Assembly: GCF_006345805.1 (NCBI RefSeq)
Contig: NC_043009.1
Span: 64,542,001-64,606,000, forward strand
Reading direction: 5' to 3'
Length of the DNA: 64,000 bases
Source: Octopus sinensis
Lineage: Eukaryota
The position numbers and the translations under genes are program-made. The notes under the pieces were generated by a model, which made no database searches, was not told the origin of the DNA, and worked only from the letters and a program-made list of their open reading frames with translations. Shown here one piece after another: positions 1 through 12,561 of the stretch (the stretch's first letter is position 1; each line of letters opens with the position of its first letter).

Positions 1-294
1 TGAGTGAAACCAGCCAGAACAATGTGGTGTATGAGGTGTGGTGGAGGGTGGGGTGGGGAGGGAAGAGATGTAGGTACTTATTTGGCAACCTTTCAAACAT
101 CGGCGAACGGCAATAGGAATGGTGTGTGCTTATTGTTGTACTTTCTAACATATATTATGTTACGAGTTTACAGATAACATCCATTGTTTTCGAACAACAG
201 CTTTTTATAGCTCAGCCTCTGTGGTCGGATCGATATTTACACACACACACGCACACAACGACACAGACACACCGACACAGACAACCGCGTACAT

Positions 295-297
295 ACG

Positions 298-330
<33 letters not shown>

Positions 331-428
331 TGTGTGTGGATATATGTATATATGAACATATATGTTCATGTATGTGTATATATATATATAGATATATATG
401 CTTTATATATATATGCTATATATATATG

Positions 429-468
<40 letters not shown>

Positions 469-689
469 TTTATATATATATGCTTTATATATATATGCTA
501 TATATATATGCTATATATATATATGCTATATATATATATAATATATATATATATTATATATATATATATATACTATATATATATTATATATATATAGAGA
601 GAGAGTGAAAAAGAGGGGGAGCGAGTAACAGATCATAGCTAGGTAAATAGAAGTAATATATATGTAATATATGTGCGTGTATGTATATA

Positions 690-752
<63 letters not shown>

Positions 753-972
753 ATATATAGATAGATAGATAGAACATATATATGGATGTATATATATAAA
801 TGTCTATCTATCCATCTGTCTTTCTACCAGTTACTCTGGCGGGTACCTTGTGTTCAGCAGAACTCACTCCACTTTGCAATCAGGTTTCAGTTAAAGGCGA
901 TTGAACAGTGAGGCTTTATAATCAACTGCAATTGAATTAGATTAACTTAAAACACAGAGTGGAAGAGGTCGA

Positions 973-1058
<86 letters not shown>

Positions 1059-1079
1059 GATAGATAGATAGATAGATAG

Positions 1080-1130
<51 letters not shown>

Positions 1131-1138
1131 CAGATAGG

Positions 1139-1222
<84 letters not shown>

Positions 1223-1265
1223 CAGAAAGACAGATACACAGACAAACCGACAAGCAGACAGACAG
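295..1265. repeat. Cluster of (TG)n, (TA)n and (GATA)n microsatellites; dozens more across the window
   Basis: Read directly. Confidence 0.95.
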
Positions 1266-2031
1266 CTAGAATGACAGACAAAGAGACAGACAGGCCAACA
1301 GACTGACGGATACATGTATTTCGATATGTGTGGGGGTGTTTGTAGTCTCCTGACTATTTGTACATGCACAAAGCATAATTTTTGGTTCCTAAAAATACTG
1401 CACGTGGTAGGAATGCCTCCCCAAACACACACACAACACACACACAACACACACACAACACACACACGCACGTACGCAGTCACACACTGAAACAGATGTG
1501 TTGTGGGTGGTCTCCGTATTTGTACGCAAACTTTTGACACAAGAGGCACCACATATACACACAAAGCATACATACAGATACAAGTGCATAGACACACACA
1601 GAGACTACGTACTTCCATAAATATAAAAGATTAGCATAACTGCATAACATTATTGAATGTTTGCGCTCCTCTAGAAAAGAAATCAAAAGCTGGCTTGAAA
1701 AACCGATGAATGAGTCGAAATATCAGGTGTAAATCAATATCAAATAGTACAGGTGAGTTTGCAGACTAGATAGGGTTTCAGTTTACAATGTACTAATAGA
1801 AATAGGTGATAGCAATTTAATTAGTTGGTGATAATGGAAATTATAATATAGATGAAGCCGGCTCTCACTATCGGTGCCCAATAATACAAATCGGTGAAAT
1901 GCAGAAATTAGAAATACACTCTTGAGAATTTCTGTGGTTCGCGTGAGTCTGCACCTATATGCACAGGTTGATTAATTACAGCCGTATATCTGTCCATATA
2001 TTTATTATTTATAACCATCGATGTATTTACA

Positions 2032-2080
<49 letters not shown>

Positions 2081-2092
2081 CCTCTCTCTCTC

Positions 2093-2127
<35 letters not shown>

Positions 2128-2129
<2 letters not shown>

Positions 2130-2545
2130 TTTCTCTTTTACTCTTTTACTTGTTTCAGTCGTTTGACTGCGGCCATGCTGGAGCACCGCCTTTAGTCGAG
2201 CAAATCGACCCCGGGACTTATTCTTTGTAAGCCCAGTACTTATTCTATCGGTCTCTTTTGCCGAACCGCTAAGTGACGGGGACGTAAACACACCAGCATC
2301 GGTTGTCAAGCAATGCTAGGGGGACAAACACAGACACACAAACACACACATATATACATATATATATATATATATATAACATATATACGACAGGCTTCTT
2401 TCAGTTTCCGTCTACCAAATCCATTCACAAGGCATTGGTCGGCTCGGGGCTATAGCAGAAGACACTTGCCCAAGATGCCACGCAGTGGGACTGAACCCGG
2501 AACCATGTGGCTGGTTAGCAAGCTACTTACCACACAGCCACTCCC
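2128..2545 (-). mobile_element. SINE family A (tRNA-derived head, internal microsatellite, LINE-like tail). Other copies: 11905-12280(-), 17770-18165(-), 28860-29185(-), 31405-31690(-), 35735-36010, 36830-37275(-), 47890-48140(+), 50375-50775(+), 52793-53116(-), 54055-54465(+), 54672-55185(+)
   Basis: Head (A)GGCGCAGGAGTGGCTGTGTGG..GGTTCAGTCCC (A/B boxes); tail GCGGTGCTCCAGCATGGCCGCAGTC..GACTGAAACAAGTAAAAGAG. Confidence 0.9.
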
Positions 2546-2819
2546 CATATATATATATATATATATTTTTTTTTTTTAATCCAAACGGGAAAACAAAAAA
2601 ACAACAACAGTGGAACAATTACAGTATTATTATTAATAGGCGCTCAGGAAATATGGAAGCAGGAAGGTATGACGTTTCGAGCGGAGCTCTTCGTCGGAAA
2701 CATAAAGAAGGAAGAGAGAGGAAAGAAAGATCCCAAAGTGGGCAAAGGAGATGGAGAAAAAAAACGACTGGTGTTTACGAAGTACACCCCACACTACACA
2801 CACACACACACACCCACAC

Positions 2820-2881
<62 letters not shown>

Positions 2882-3004
2882 AATACACAAGCATCTATAC
2901 ATATATATAAGCATATATGTGAAAATAAGCAACAAGGATATCCAAGGTAGTGTAGTACGATTGTTTCGTGCTACTTCATTTTATTAAACACTGGCATGCA
3001 GCAT

Positions 3005-3780
3005 TGACAGGAAGAGTAGCCTTTCCTGAATTTGTGATAGATACATTACATCCCACCTAGAAGGATATGCCTTCGCTATCCACCAACAAGAGATAGCTAT
3101 TAAATACCAGATAAACAAGAGGAACCAAAATACCAGATAAATAAGAGGAACCAAAAATCCCCTAGATCTCCATATTATGATAAAAATGTCGGCTCTGCTC
3201 TACCGGTGTGAAATATATCACCCACATCATCAGCAGTTGTCCCATAATTCCTACGAGATAGTACCCGTCTTGCGGGCATGATGCAGTTGGAAACCCTATT
3301 TGCAATGCTATCCGAAGGAATGACTGTCCTGACGTGTACATCAGAGAATGTGAGAACCAGCAGGTATTCACACCTTTGGAAACATGGAATAGTGGTTGAA
3401 CACTCCAGTAAAAACACCAAATAGGTTCAGACATAACAAGGACCTCGTATTGTTCTGAGACCTGGAACAAAAGTCCTGCATTGTTGTAGAGGTCAGCTGC
3501 CCAGCGGATGTGAATGTACAATCAAAATGTCCAGGAAAAAGAGAAGATTATTTTGAATAAATGCGGAACTCTTACAACTCTTGTACCCTGACTATAAATT
3601 CTCATTTGTACTTAACGTCACGGGTGCTTTGGGTTGTGTACCAACAAATTCGCACAAAAACCTAGAAATACTCGGTTTCACAGAAAAACACCATAAGAAG
3701 CTGAGACAGATTCTCCAAATACAATCTATGAGTGGCAGAGTGAAGGTTTGTAAAACATTCCAAAAATTCTCCATCTGAGA
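3005..3780 (+). mobile_element. R4/Dong-clade non-LTR retrotransposon, 3' fragment (CCHC plus restriction-like endonuclease), decayed
   Basis: Broken frames give SHLEGYAFAIHQQEI, CRLCSTG..THIISSCP, RHDAVG, SCIVVEVSCPADVN, LYPDYKF..GALG. Confidence 0.8.
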
Positions 3781-4157
3781 TTTTTATGTGAATAGATGCA
3801 CCCGTTTGGTTGTTATGCATCGACAGTTCAACCAACGCACCAACTCAACCACATGCATACAAACACCGGGAACTCTCTTAACTCGAAAGCGTTGATGCTT
3901 TGTTAGCGACCGGTTTGAACTTAAACAAAAATCATACGTATAGGTGTACGCTTGTAGGCTAAACTTCTCCCAATCAGCACATCAGTTGGTCATAATCTGA
4001 CAATGTGTTTATCTCGTCGTATGTTTGTTTCGTCAGTGGTTTTTTTTTTTTTCATTGTTGCACGTCGTCAGTTGCATCGCTTTCTCTGCTCACGAATTTT
4101 TTTGATAAATAAGCAAAAAACAGGTCATCAAAGAAACTCTTACGACGTAAATGACTT

Positions 4158-4188
<31 letters not shown>

Positions 4189-4324
4189 ATAATAATAACA
4201 GTAATAATAATAATACAAACTATTAGATGCATTCAAATATTCAAATCAAATTTTTATTCTGAGAAATATTTTATCCGAGAAACTGTTTTAAGACATGTTA
4301 GGTGTACTATATAAGTACAATCAC

Positions 4325-4368
<44 letters not shown>

Positions 4369-5136
4369 AAAATACACTATTATCTTGATAATGTCATTAG
4401 ATTTCCTTTTAACCCTATTTTCAGCTTCTAGATTTTTCTCGCGTCTCCCACCTTCCTCATCTTCTTACAGACATATATACATATATATGCATGTGTGTGT
4501 GTGTGTGTGTGTATCTTTGAATGTATATATATATATATGTGTGTGTGTATGTGTGTGTATGTGTGTGTGTGTGTGTGTGTGTGCATGTCTCACCAGATTT
4601 GTTGTTATTTGACATATTTGATGTTATAACCATTAAATATTTTATAATTAATTTCATTATTGCGTTTACTTCAGACAGCATCTCGGTTTCGTTTGTTATA
4701 TGTAGATTCTTGTTTTAATATTATACTTTATTCTCAAATTGGGGCACATTTATTTATATCATACTTGCTGCGCATTGCAATAAACCGCATTCTGTATAAC
4801 TGCCCATAGTTTTGAACTTCGTTTTTAAATAGCTTACACGTTCGATCCAAGACTCAAGAAACTGACGTATTCAGTCAACGTTTAAATGTTTCAGAGCGAA
4901 TTTTAGTTCAATATTTACCATTGTCGAAAAACACTGTATTTTTTTATGTATAAGTCAAACTTTCAGACCAAAATTTATTGTAAAGAAAAGGGTAGGTCGA
5001 CTTCTACACCAAGACGATTTTGAAGGACAAAAAGTTCCATGTGAAGTACAGCAAGATTAGGAGAGATAGTGACGATATTTGAATGTTTACAACACATGTT
5101 TACGCTATATACTACATCGAGTATATAGGCGGCGAG

Positions 5137-5358
5137 AGCTGGCAGAAACGTTAGCACGCCGGGAGAAATGCTTAACTGTATTTCGTCTGCCGCTACGTTC
5201 TGAGTTCAAATTCCACCGAGGTCGACTTTGCCTTTCATCCTTTCAGGGTCGATAAATTAAGTACCAGTTACGCACTAGGATCGATGTAATCGACTTAATC
5301 CGTTTGTCTGTCCTTGTTTGTCCTCTCTGTGTTTAGCCCCTTGTGGGTAATAAAGAAA
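5137..5358 (+). mobile_element. SINE family B monomer. Other copies: 7566-7790(+), 8225-8540(-), 18870-19210(-), 37436-37620(+), 45812-46045(-), 62145-62760(+, several), 63690-63850(+)
   Basis: GGCGAGCTGGCAGAAACG (A box)..GAGTTCAAATTCC (B box)..GCCTTTCATCCTTTCGGGGTCGATAAATTAAGTACC core. Confidence 0.9.
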
Positions 5359-6049
5359 CAGCTATACACTACGTCGATTTTTATGCTGGAAAATACGGTA
5401 AATACTTGCAGACACTTAAACTCCGATCACACAATAATTATTCAGTCCACCTGTTTGTTCTTTTTGCTGTCAAAATTTATAAAATAAATCTTCAAAAAAT
5501 TTCTTTTGCTTTTATGGTTTAGCCACAATCAGTTCTGATCGAGCAGACGTCTGATTAATACCGTCCACCCAAGACCAAATCTTTTTCCCCTTTTTTTGTG
5601 TGTCTGATATTGTGTTTTACTCAAGCTTAGCTTATCTGATGTTACGGTGTGATTTGAGAGAAATATGGCGGTTATTTTTTAGCATGGTGAAGGACCACAT
5701 ACAGACTCACTCGCTGTCTTGAACTGTTGTTCTTGTATTTTTTTATTTTTGTTTCTTACCTTCAGGTGAAACTTGAGTTAATAGGTTTATGATGAAATGC
5801 ATTTCAGTTGTTTTCCTATATGCAGCGAACACAGAACCAAATTATTTAATGCCCGTATTCTAAGACGGTAGTGTGGGATTTGAGAAATGATTCCCTATTA
5901 TTTGTAGTAGGTCAAGCGACCACATAGAGATTCCCTTTTTGATTTGTTCTTTAAGAAGTGTTCGCCTTGGTTTTTCTATGATGTGGAAATATTTTTGTAG
6001 TTGTTAGTAAGTTCCAGAAAGACTTGTTGAAAAACTGAGAAACATCACT

Positions 6050-6535
6050 AATTTTACGTCTTCTTTTTCTTCAGACTCGGTGCATCAATGGCGACATTCA
6101 AGATGTTTTTCCTTGTGAATTGTTCGAGTATTAATTGTTTCTCCCAACAGGTGGAGCAACAACTTTCGAGGATTCTTCTTGATCGAAGTGTGGAGACGAG
6201 TTTTGTACCACGGATTATCTGTTTTCTGAAATATATTCTGTAATTCTTCATCTGATTGATTATTCTTGATCCGACAAAATACCAGATTTGTGAGCAATAG
6301 ACTCATTAACAGTTATTCCTAAGAAACGATTAATGATATACAAAGTCTCAATATGATATTAGTAAGCAGCAGACAGATGTGAATGGCACTGAAATGTAGC
6401 AATGGTCGAACTTCATGTTCTGGAATATATTTTTGTGTGAGGTTGGGCAAACTAAGATGTTTCCTTGAGAGAAAATTGTTCCCGTAGCAGTTGACAAAAA
6501 CCATATAACAGTTAAGATCAATACACAAAAACTGC
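6050..6535. repeat. Unclassified dispersed repeat; 6300-6535 recurs inverted at 22962-23195
   Basis: Direct comparison shows high identity over about 230 bp. Confidence 0.8.
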
Positions 6536-6716
6536 TCAACGAGTCCAAACTATTCTACGGTCATGGATGGCTGTGTTTAGCATAGATGTTTGTGTCTTTC
6601 TGTGTGTTTGTGTTTCTGCTTGTGTGTGTAGAACTGTGCGTGTGTGTAAATCAGTCGATTTTTTGAACGACAGTATATCACAACGGATGTTTAGATAAAT
6701 ATAAAAAGGGCCAGGG

Positions 6717-6766
<50 letters not shown>

Positions 6767-6875
6767 AATGCGTGGAAAGGTGAGAGTGAGAAAATGCACG
6801 CCTGATTTTCTTACGAATGTGGGGTTTTTGTGAATGCATAGTAGTAAATATATATGCAAAAATTATATGTGGATA

Positions 6876-6923
<48 letters not shown>

Positions 6924-7302
6924 ACATTTATATATATATAATGTATATATATTATATATATATATGTATGTATGTATATGTATATATATGTATATATATA
7001 TGTATACATATATATATGTATATATGTATATATAATAATGCGTGTATGTACATATATCATAGAGATATATATAGATACGTATATTAAATAAATATATATA
7101 TATAATACATACATACATATATATATATACATACCTAGATGTATATATATATATTTATATATATATATAATTAATATAAATATAAAAGAACGATATTATT
7201 TCTATAAATAATAACGTTAGTGTCCGCGAGCATATAGCCCTATGCCTATACGGCTGTATGCTGGCAGCCACTCACGTTATTACTTTTAGAAATAATATCA
7301 TT

Positions 7303-7399
<97 letters not shown>

Positions 7400-8759
7400 A
7401 ATATTACATCTTACAAACGGCCAGCAAAATCAGGATCCAAACAAGGCGAGTTAAGGCCACGTTTACCTGCAAAAACAAAGTGAAAAATGAATATCAGTGG
7501 AAATATTATTGCCCTCGATATTTGCAAACGTTTAATATTTGTATACATTAAAATTTGTCTGCTTATAAGGCAGTGATCTGGCAGAATCGTTACTGCGCCG
7601 GGTAAAATACTTAGCGGTAGTTCATCCGTCTTAACGTTCTGAGTTCAAATCCCTCCGAGGCTGACTTTGCCTTTCATCCTTTCGGGATCAATGAAATAAT
7701 TACCAGTTGATCACCGTGGTCGATGTAATCGGCTTTACCCCTCCCCTGAAATTGCTGGCCTCGTGCCAAATTTTGAAGCCAATATTTATCTGCTTGTAAT
7801 ATTGTTTGATAAAAAAAAAATATTTGTCAACCGTCATATTGATAAAAACATTTACCTGTTAGCAATATCGTGGATGAAAATATTTATTTACATAAACTTA
7901 TTGATGAAAATATTGCTGATTAAGTTATTCTTCGACATTTGATATGTATTAGTGAATATTTATTTATAAGTAATATTTTTCATAAAAAACATTTTCATGT
8001 AAAATTGTTGTTGAAAATATTTCTGAATATTCAAATTTGCTCACAGCAATTTACGTAGGTACGTAATATAAAATATCGTTCATAGACATATTTCTCAATA
8101 CACATTGTTTTCCATAAAATATTTACTTACATAAATTATTAACAGAAATGCTTATTGTTGTGTCTGTTGTGTCAGTATTTTTAATACAAATGTTCATCAC
8201 TAAATAATAAAATTCTCATGCGTAAAGGACGAAAGGGCCTCGGCGGAATTTGAACGCAGAACGTAAAGACGGACGAAATTCTTCTAATCGTTTCGCTTGG
8301 TCAGCTAATGAACCAACCAGCTCGCCGACCTACCACAACGAAATATAGACTTCAAATTTCGGCTCAAGGCCAGCAATGGATAAGTCGATTACATCGACCT
8401 TAGTGTCCAACTGGTATTTATTTCTATCGACCCAGAATGTACGAAAAGCAAAGCCAGCGTTTGAACTCAGAACGTAAAGGCAGACAAAATGCCACTAAGC
8501 ATTTTGGCCAGCATACTAACAATTCTACCTACTCACCGCCCTACCGCAGCGAAGTATTGATGATAAATATATTTACTTTCATGCAATACTGTTAACAAAA
8601 TATTCATCAATATTTACTGATAAAAATGTTTATCCTGGTTATTTCAATATGTTCTTATCTACAGATAATATTATTCTTGCTCTACGTGTACACTATATTG
8701 GCAATTAATTATACGTTTTAATAATTTTTCGTGTCATTGCATTCAATATATTAGCCGCC

Positions 8760-9020
8760 ACTTAAATATATATTCTTCCTGCATCTCCAATACATTGCAG
8801 CCAAATCTCCAACTAATACCACAATACCGTTTCTCGCGAACGGAACTCAGTATTGAATACCTTAAACAGTGTAGACCTAGACACGCTTTTCCTTTATCAA
8901 TGTCGTCTAACTTCATACAGAGATCATATACTGCCACAGAGTATTAGATACCCACTACTGTTCTATGCTATGGCGTAATCTATGAATGCCTCACTAAAAT
9001 GCTACCGAAACAGCTGTAGT
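8760..9020 (-). mobile_element. Possible decayed CR1/L2-type RT fragment
   Basis: KLDDIDKGKACL followed by frameshifted text resembling LDFSKAFDTV..GI.G. Confidence 0.3.
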
Positions 9021-9034
9021 GAATTTTAACGCTT

Positions 9035-9103
<69 letters not shown>

Positions 9104-9570
9104 CGCACATACAAACACGCACATACATAAGGATCTCCCGTCGTTAAACGACGCATGGGCGTTAGGCAATTTATTACCGAACAACCACACGGATGATTTG
9201 CTTATAGCGATCAAATGTTTGTGTTGCACATAAGCCCACTCCCTCCATCAATTCAACATTATCTGTACAGGTGCACCATGTGCCACATGTCAGATGACGA
9301 AATGATCTCAGAACAACTGCTACTTTTACCAATCCATGAGACACCATAAAACAGTGGTTATATGTCACTGACCTACAAAGTCTCCAATATTACGATTTTA
9401 GTCTTTAAATTCAAAATCTCTTAGGTATTCGACTTATATTTAGGTACTATTTTCGTTTTAGAGCTTAAAGAATTTTGTTTTGGTATATTGGTTCTAGAGA
9501 TATAAGCAATATGATGTTTCATGTAATTGCCAGCGAGATTTTGTGTCTTGGTTAGGGTTTCTACACTTGC

Positions 9571-9659
<89 letters not shown>

Positions 9660-10133
9660 TTGCCATAATCTATGATTGCTCTTGTTCATTCCAAAACCTT
9701 GTCTGACCTAACGAGGTCTGTAATAACAGGAGTTACAACCATGACAGTCCCGTCTTTTTGTGGATACCTAATAGTTGTGGATACCTAATAGTTTTTTCGC
9801 TTAATTGCTTAGCCAGAAACTGGATAGCAATCTCTATTAACACCTTTCAGTGCCTCACTAAATGTTCCAGGGATCAGGACCCTGGCACAAATATTTGTAA
9901 CAAAGTAAACCCTCGTAAACACGTCTAAGGTCCCATTTGTGATAATTACACCAGGCTCCAGAATAAGTCTATCCCCCCCCCCACACACACACACATACGC
10001 ACCTATCAAGATGGTAGACTGTGACTTTTGGCAGATTTGGCTTCTATTTATATTGGCCGAACGACAGCTTAGGAACTTTGTCGTTGACTTGTGATTTATA
10101 TTACCGCTAACATTTTTGTTTTTATTGTACCAT

Positions 10134-10370
10134 ATATATATTTCTTTATTACCTACAAGGGGCTAAACACTCAGGGGACAAACAAGGACAGACAAACGGA
10201 TTAAGTCGATTAAATCGACCCCAGTGCGTAACTGGTACTTAATTTATCGACCCCGAAAGGATGAAAGGCAAAGTCGACCTCGGTGGAATTTGAACTCAGA
10301 ACGTAACGGCAGACGAAATACGGTAACGCATTTCGCCCGGCGTACTAACGTTTCTGCCAGCTCGCCACCC
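10134..10370 (-). mobile_element. SINE family B, 29 nt into the intron after the mucin exon donor
   Basis: Full head-to-tail copy; 12-bp TSD TTATTGTACCAT at 10122-10133 and 10371-10382. Confidence 0.92.
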
Positions 10371-10399
10371 TTATTGTACCATTATATAAACACACTTAC

Positions 10400-11288
10400 A
10401 GCTTGGTGCAGCATTTCCGCTGCCTGTGCCTTGAGTGAAATCCTTGGTCATTCCTGTTTTACCTATCTGAGCACTGGTTGAGACGTCGTAGTCTGTTTGT
10501 TCGTTTGACACTGATTGAAAGTCAGTCGAAAACATGGTCACTGTTTCCGTTGAAACTTCACTGCTGTTGCTTACCGTCGTTTCTTCGGTGTTCTGGTCTT
10601 GGGTAAAATATGAGCTGTTTTCGTTGTTGGTTGACGTGAAGAGGGGACTCGCAGTTGAGCTTCCGTTGTTTGAACTGAAACTTGATTCTGAAATCGGTGA
10701 ACTTCTTGCAGTAACGGTACCAGATATTACGTCTGTGATTCCGGCAGATTTTGTTGTGTCTGATGTATTTGATAAGTGTGTGGTTGATTCTGCTCTGGCG
10801 TTTACATTTGTAGATAAACTATTTGATGATGACCGTTGATTAATTGTTGTCATTGAGAACGAAATGTCAGAGGCAGCTGAAGTCTGTTTATTGTTTGTTG
10901 TAGAGGCTGAACTGTGATCCATCAAAGTTGACTTTTCACTCGTCGCTGATGTCTTTGCATTTCCTGTTGCATAGGTGACGCCACTTGCACCTGTTGTTTC
11001 TCCTCGTGTCACGGCTGTTGAATCCAAAAGAGTGCTTATCAACGTCGATTTCCCGCTTGCTGAGATCTTTGTACTTCCTGTCGAATACGCATCACTACTT
11101 CCGCTGCTTTTTGCGGATGTTGAATCTGAAATGGTACTCGTCAAGGTTGATTTCCCGCCTGTTGCCGAGATCTTTGTACTTCCGGTCGAAGAAATCTGAT
11201 TGCCACCTGTCGTTGTTTCTTTACTTGTTGTTGCTGCTGCTGCTGTTGTTGTTGTTGCTGTTAGTGCTGGTAGTCCGGCTGCTTTTAT

Positions 11289-11338
<50 letters not shown>

Positions 11339-11614
11339 CTGTTGTTGCTGCTGCTTTTGTTGCTGCTGCTGCTGTTGCCGCTGTTGCTGTTGCTGCTGCT
11401 GTTGTTGCTGCTGCTGCTGTTGTTGTTACTGCTGCTTTTGCTGCTGCTTTTGCTGCTGCTGCTGCATTTGTTGCTGCTGTTGTTTTTGCTGCTGCTGTTG
11501 TTGCTGTTGTTGCTGCTGCTTTTGTTGCTGCTGCTGTTTTTGCTGCTGCTGTTGTTGTTGCTGCAGAAATCTTTCCAAATATGCAAATAAGGGTTGTAAC
11601 CAACACAAGGGTCA
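10400..11614 (-). CDS. Internal coding exon (405 codons) of a probably secreted or membrane mucin-like Ala/Thr/Ser-rich glycoprotein
   Basis: Lies in the 414-aa ORF 10371-11615. Acceptor tttcttattttctaatttctttcag|TGACC and donor CCAAGCT|gtaagt; both phase 1; length 1215 = 3x405. Begins xTLVLVTTLICIFGKISA (signal-peptide-like), then an A/T/K tract, then about 290 non-repetitive S/T-rich codons with no stop and with N-x-S/T sequons. Confidence 0.85.
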
Positions 11615-11714
11615 CTGAAAGAAATTAGAAAATAAGAAATAAAGATTAAAATTAAAATTTTAAACATGTATTACATGTGTTACCATTATTATTATTGTTG
11701 ATGTTGTTGTTGTT

Positions 11715-11864
11715 AGGCGGCGAGCTGGCAGAAACGTTAGCACGTCGGGCGAAATGCTTGCTACGTTCTGAGTTCAAATTCCGCCGAGGTCGACTTTGCC
11801 TTTCATCCATTCTGGGTCGATAAATTAAGTACCAGTTACGCACTGGGGTCGATATAATCGACTT
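11715..11864 (+). mobile_element. SINE family B, 100 nt upstream of the mucin exon acceptor, inverted relative to 10134-10370
   Basis: Head plus core with a deletion of about 20 nt. Confidence 0.92.
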
Positions 11865-12293
11865 GTATTTTAAATTTTGACTGCTGTATTCCAAAATGCA
11901 GTCTCTCTCTTTACTCTTTTACTTGTTTCAGTCATTTGACTGCGGCCATGCTGGAGCACCGCCTCTAGTCGAGCAAATCTTTGCGAGCCTAGTACTTATT
12001 CTATTGGACTCTTTTGGCGAACTGCTAAGTTACGGGGACGTAAACAGACCAGTATCGGTTGTCAAGCAATGTTGGAGGGGGGACAAACACAGACACACAA
12101 ACATATACATACACACATACAAATATATACATACATATGTATGATGAGCTTCTTTCAGTTTCCGTCTACCAAATCCACTCACAAGGCTTTTGTCGGCCCG
12201 AGGTGTCACGCAGTGGGACTGAACCAAGAACAATGGGGTTGGTAAGCAAGCTACTTACCACACAGCCGCTCCTGCGCCTAAGGATAGAAAGAC

Positions 12294-12411
12294 GTTTACA
12301 GCACCTAGGTTTCCCAAGCGGTCACCCATCTAAGTACTAACTAGGCTCGACTTTGCTTAACTTCGGTGATCGGACGAGAAGCGGTGTTTTCAAAGTGATA
12401 TGGTTATAAAG
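12294..12411 (-). pseudogene. 5S rRNA pseudogene (full length, about 118 nt)
   Basis: Minus strand reads CATATCACTTTGAAAACACCGCTTCTCGTCCGATCACCGAAGTTAAGCAAAGTCGAGCCTAGTTAGTACTTAGATGGGTGACCGCTTGGGAAACCTAGGTGCTGTAAAC, a recognisable metazoan 5S. Shows CpG-type decay at the 5' end and a box C substitution; single copy, not an array. Confidence 0.9.
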
Positions 12412-12561
12412 TCATCAATCTTATTTTTATTTATTAAATTTTTTTTGTTCTATCAAGTCTTCCTTGTTACTTTAACATCCCGTTGAGAATATTATAATTA
12501 AGTCTTACTTTTTTTATTGTTGTTTTTTTTTTTTTTCATGTAACACCTTTTTAAATATTAA

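Noticed and set aside
46-62. G-quadruplex motif GGG-T-GGGG-T-GGGG-A-GGG
   Set aside because: Real motif but common, with no functional context at the window edge.
5745-5830. Strong minus-strand donor (GAAG|gtaaga) overlapping a strong plus-strand acceptor
   Set aside because: The implied 56-nt exon would place a TGA after the phase-1 mucin exon; no other support.
11221-11667. Alternative poly-Asn/Ser, poly-Gln, poly-Leu and poly-Val/Ala ORFs over the Ala/Thr tract
   Set aside because: Shadow frames of the trinucleotide repeat; only the Ala/Thr frame stays open to the canonical donor.
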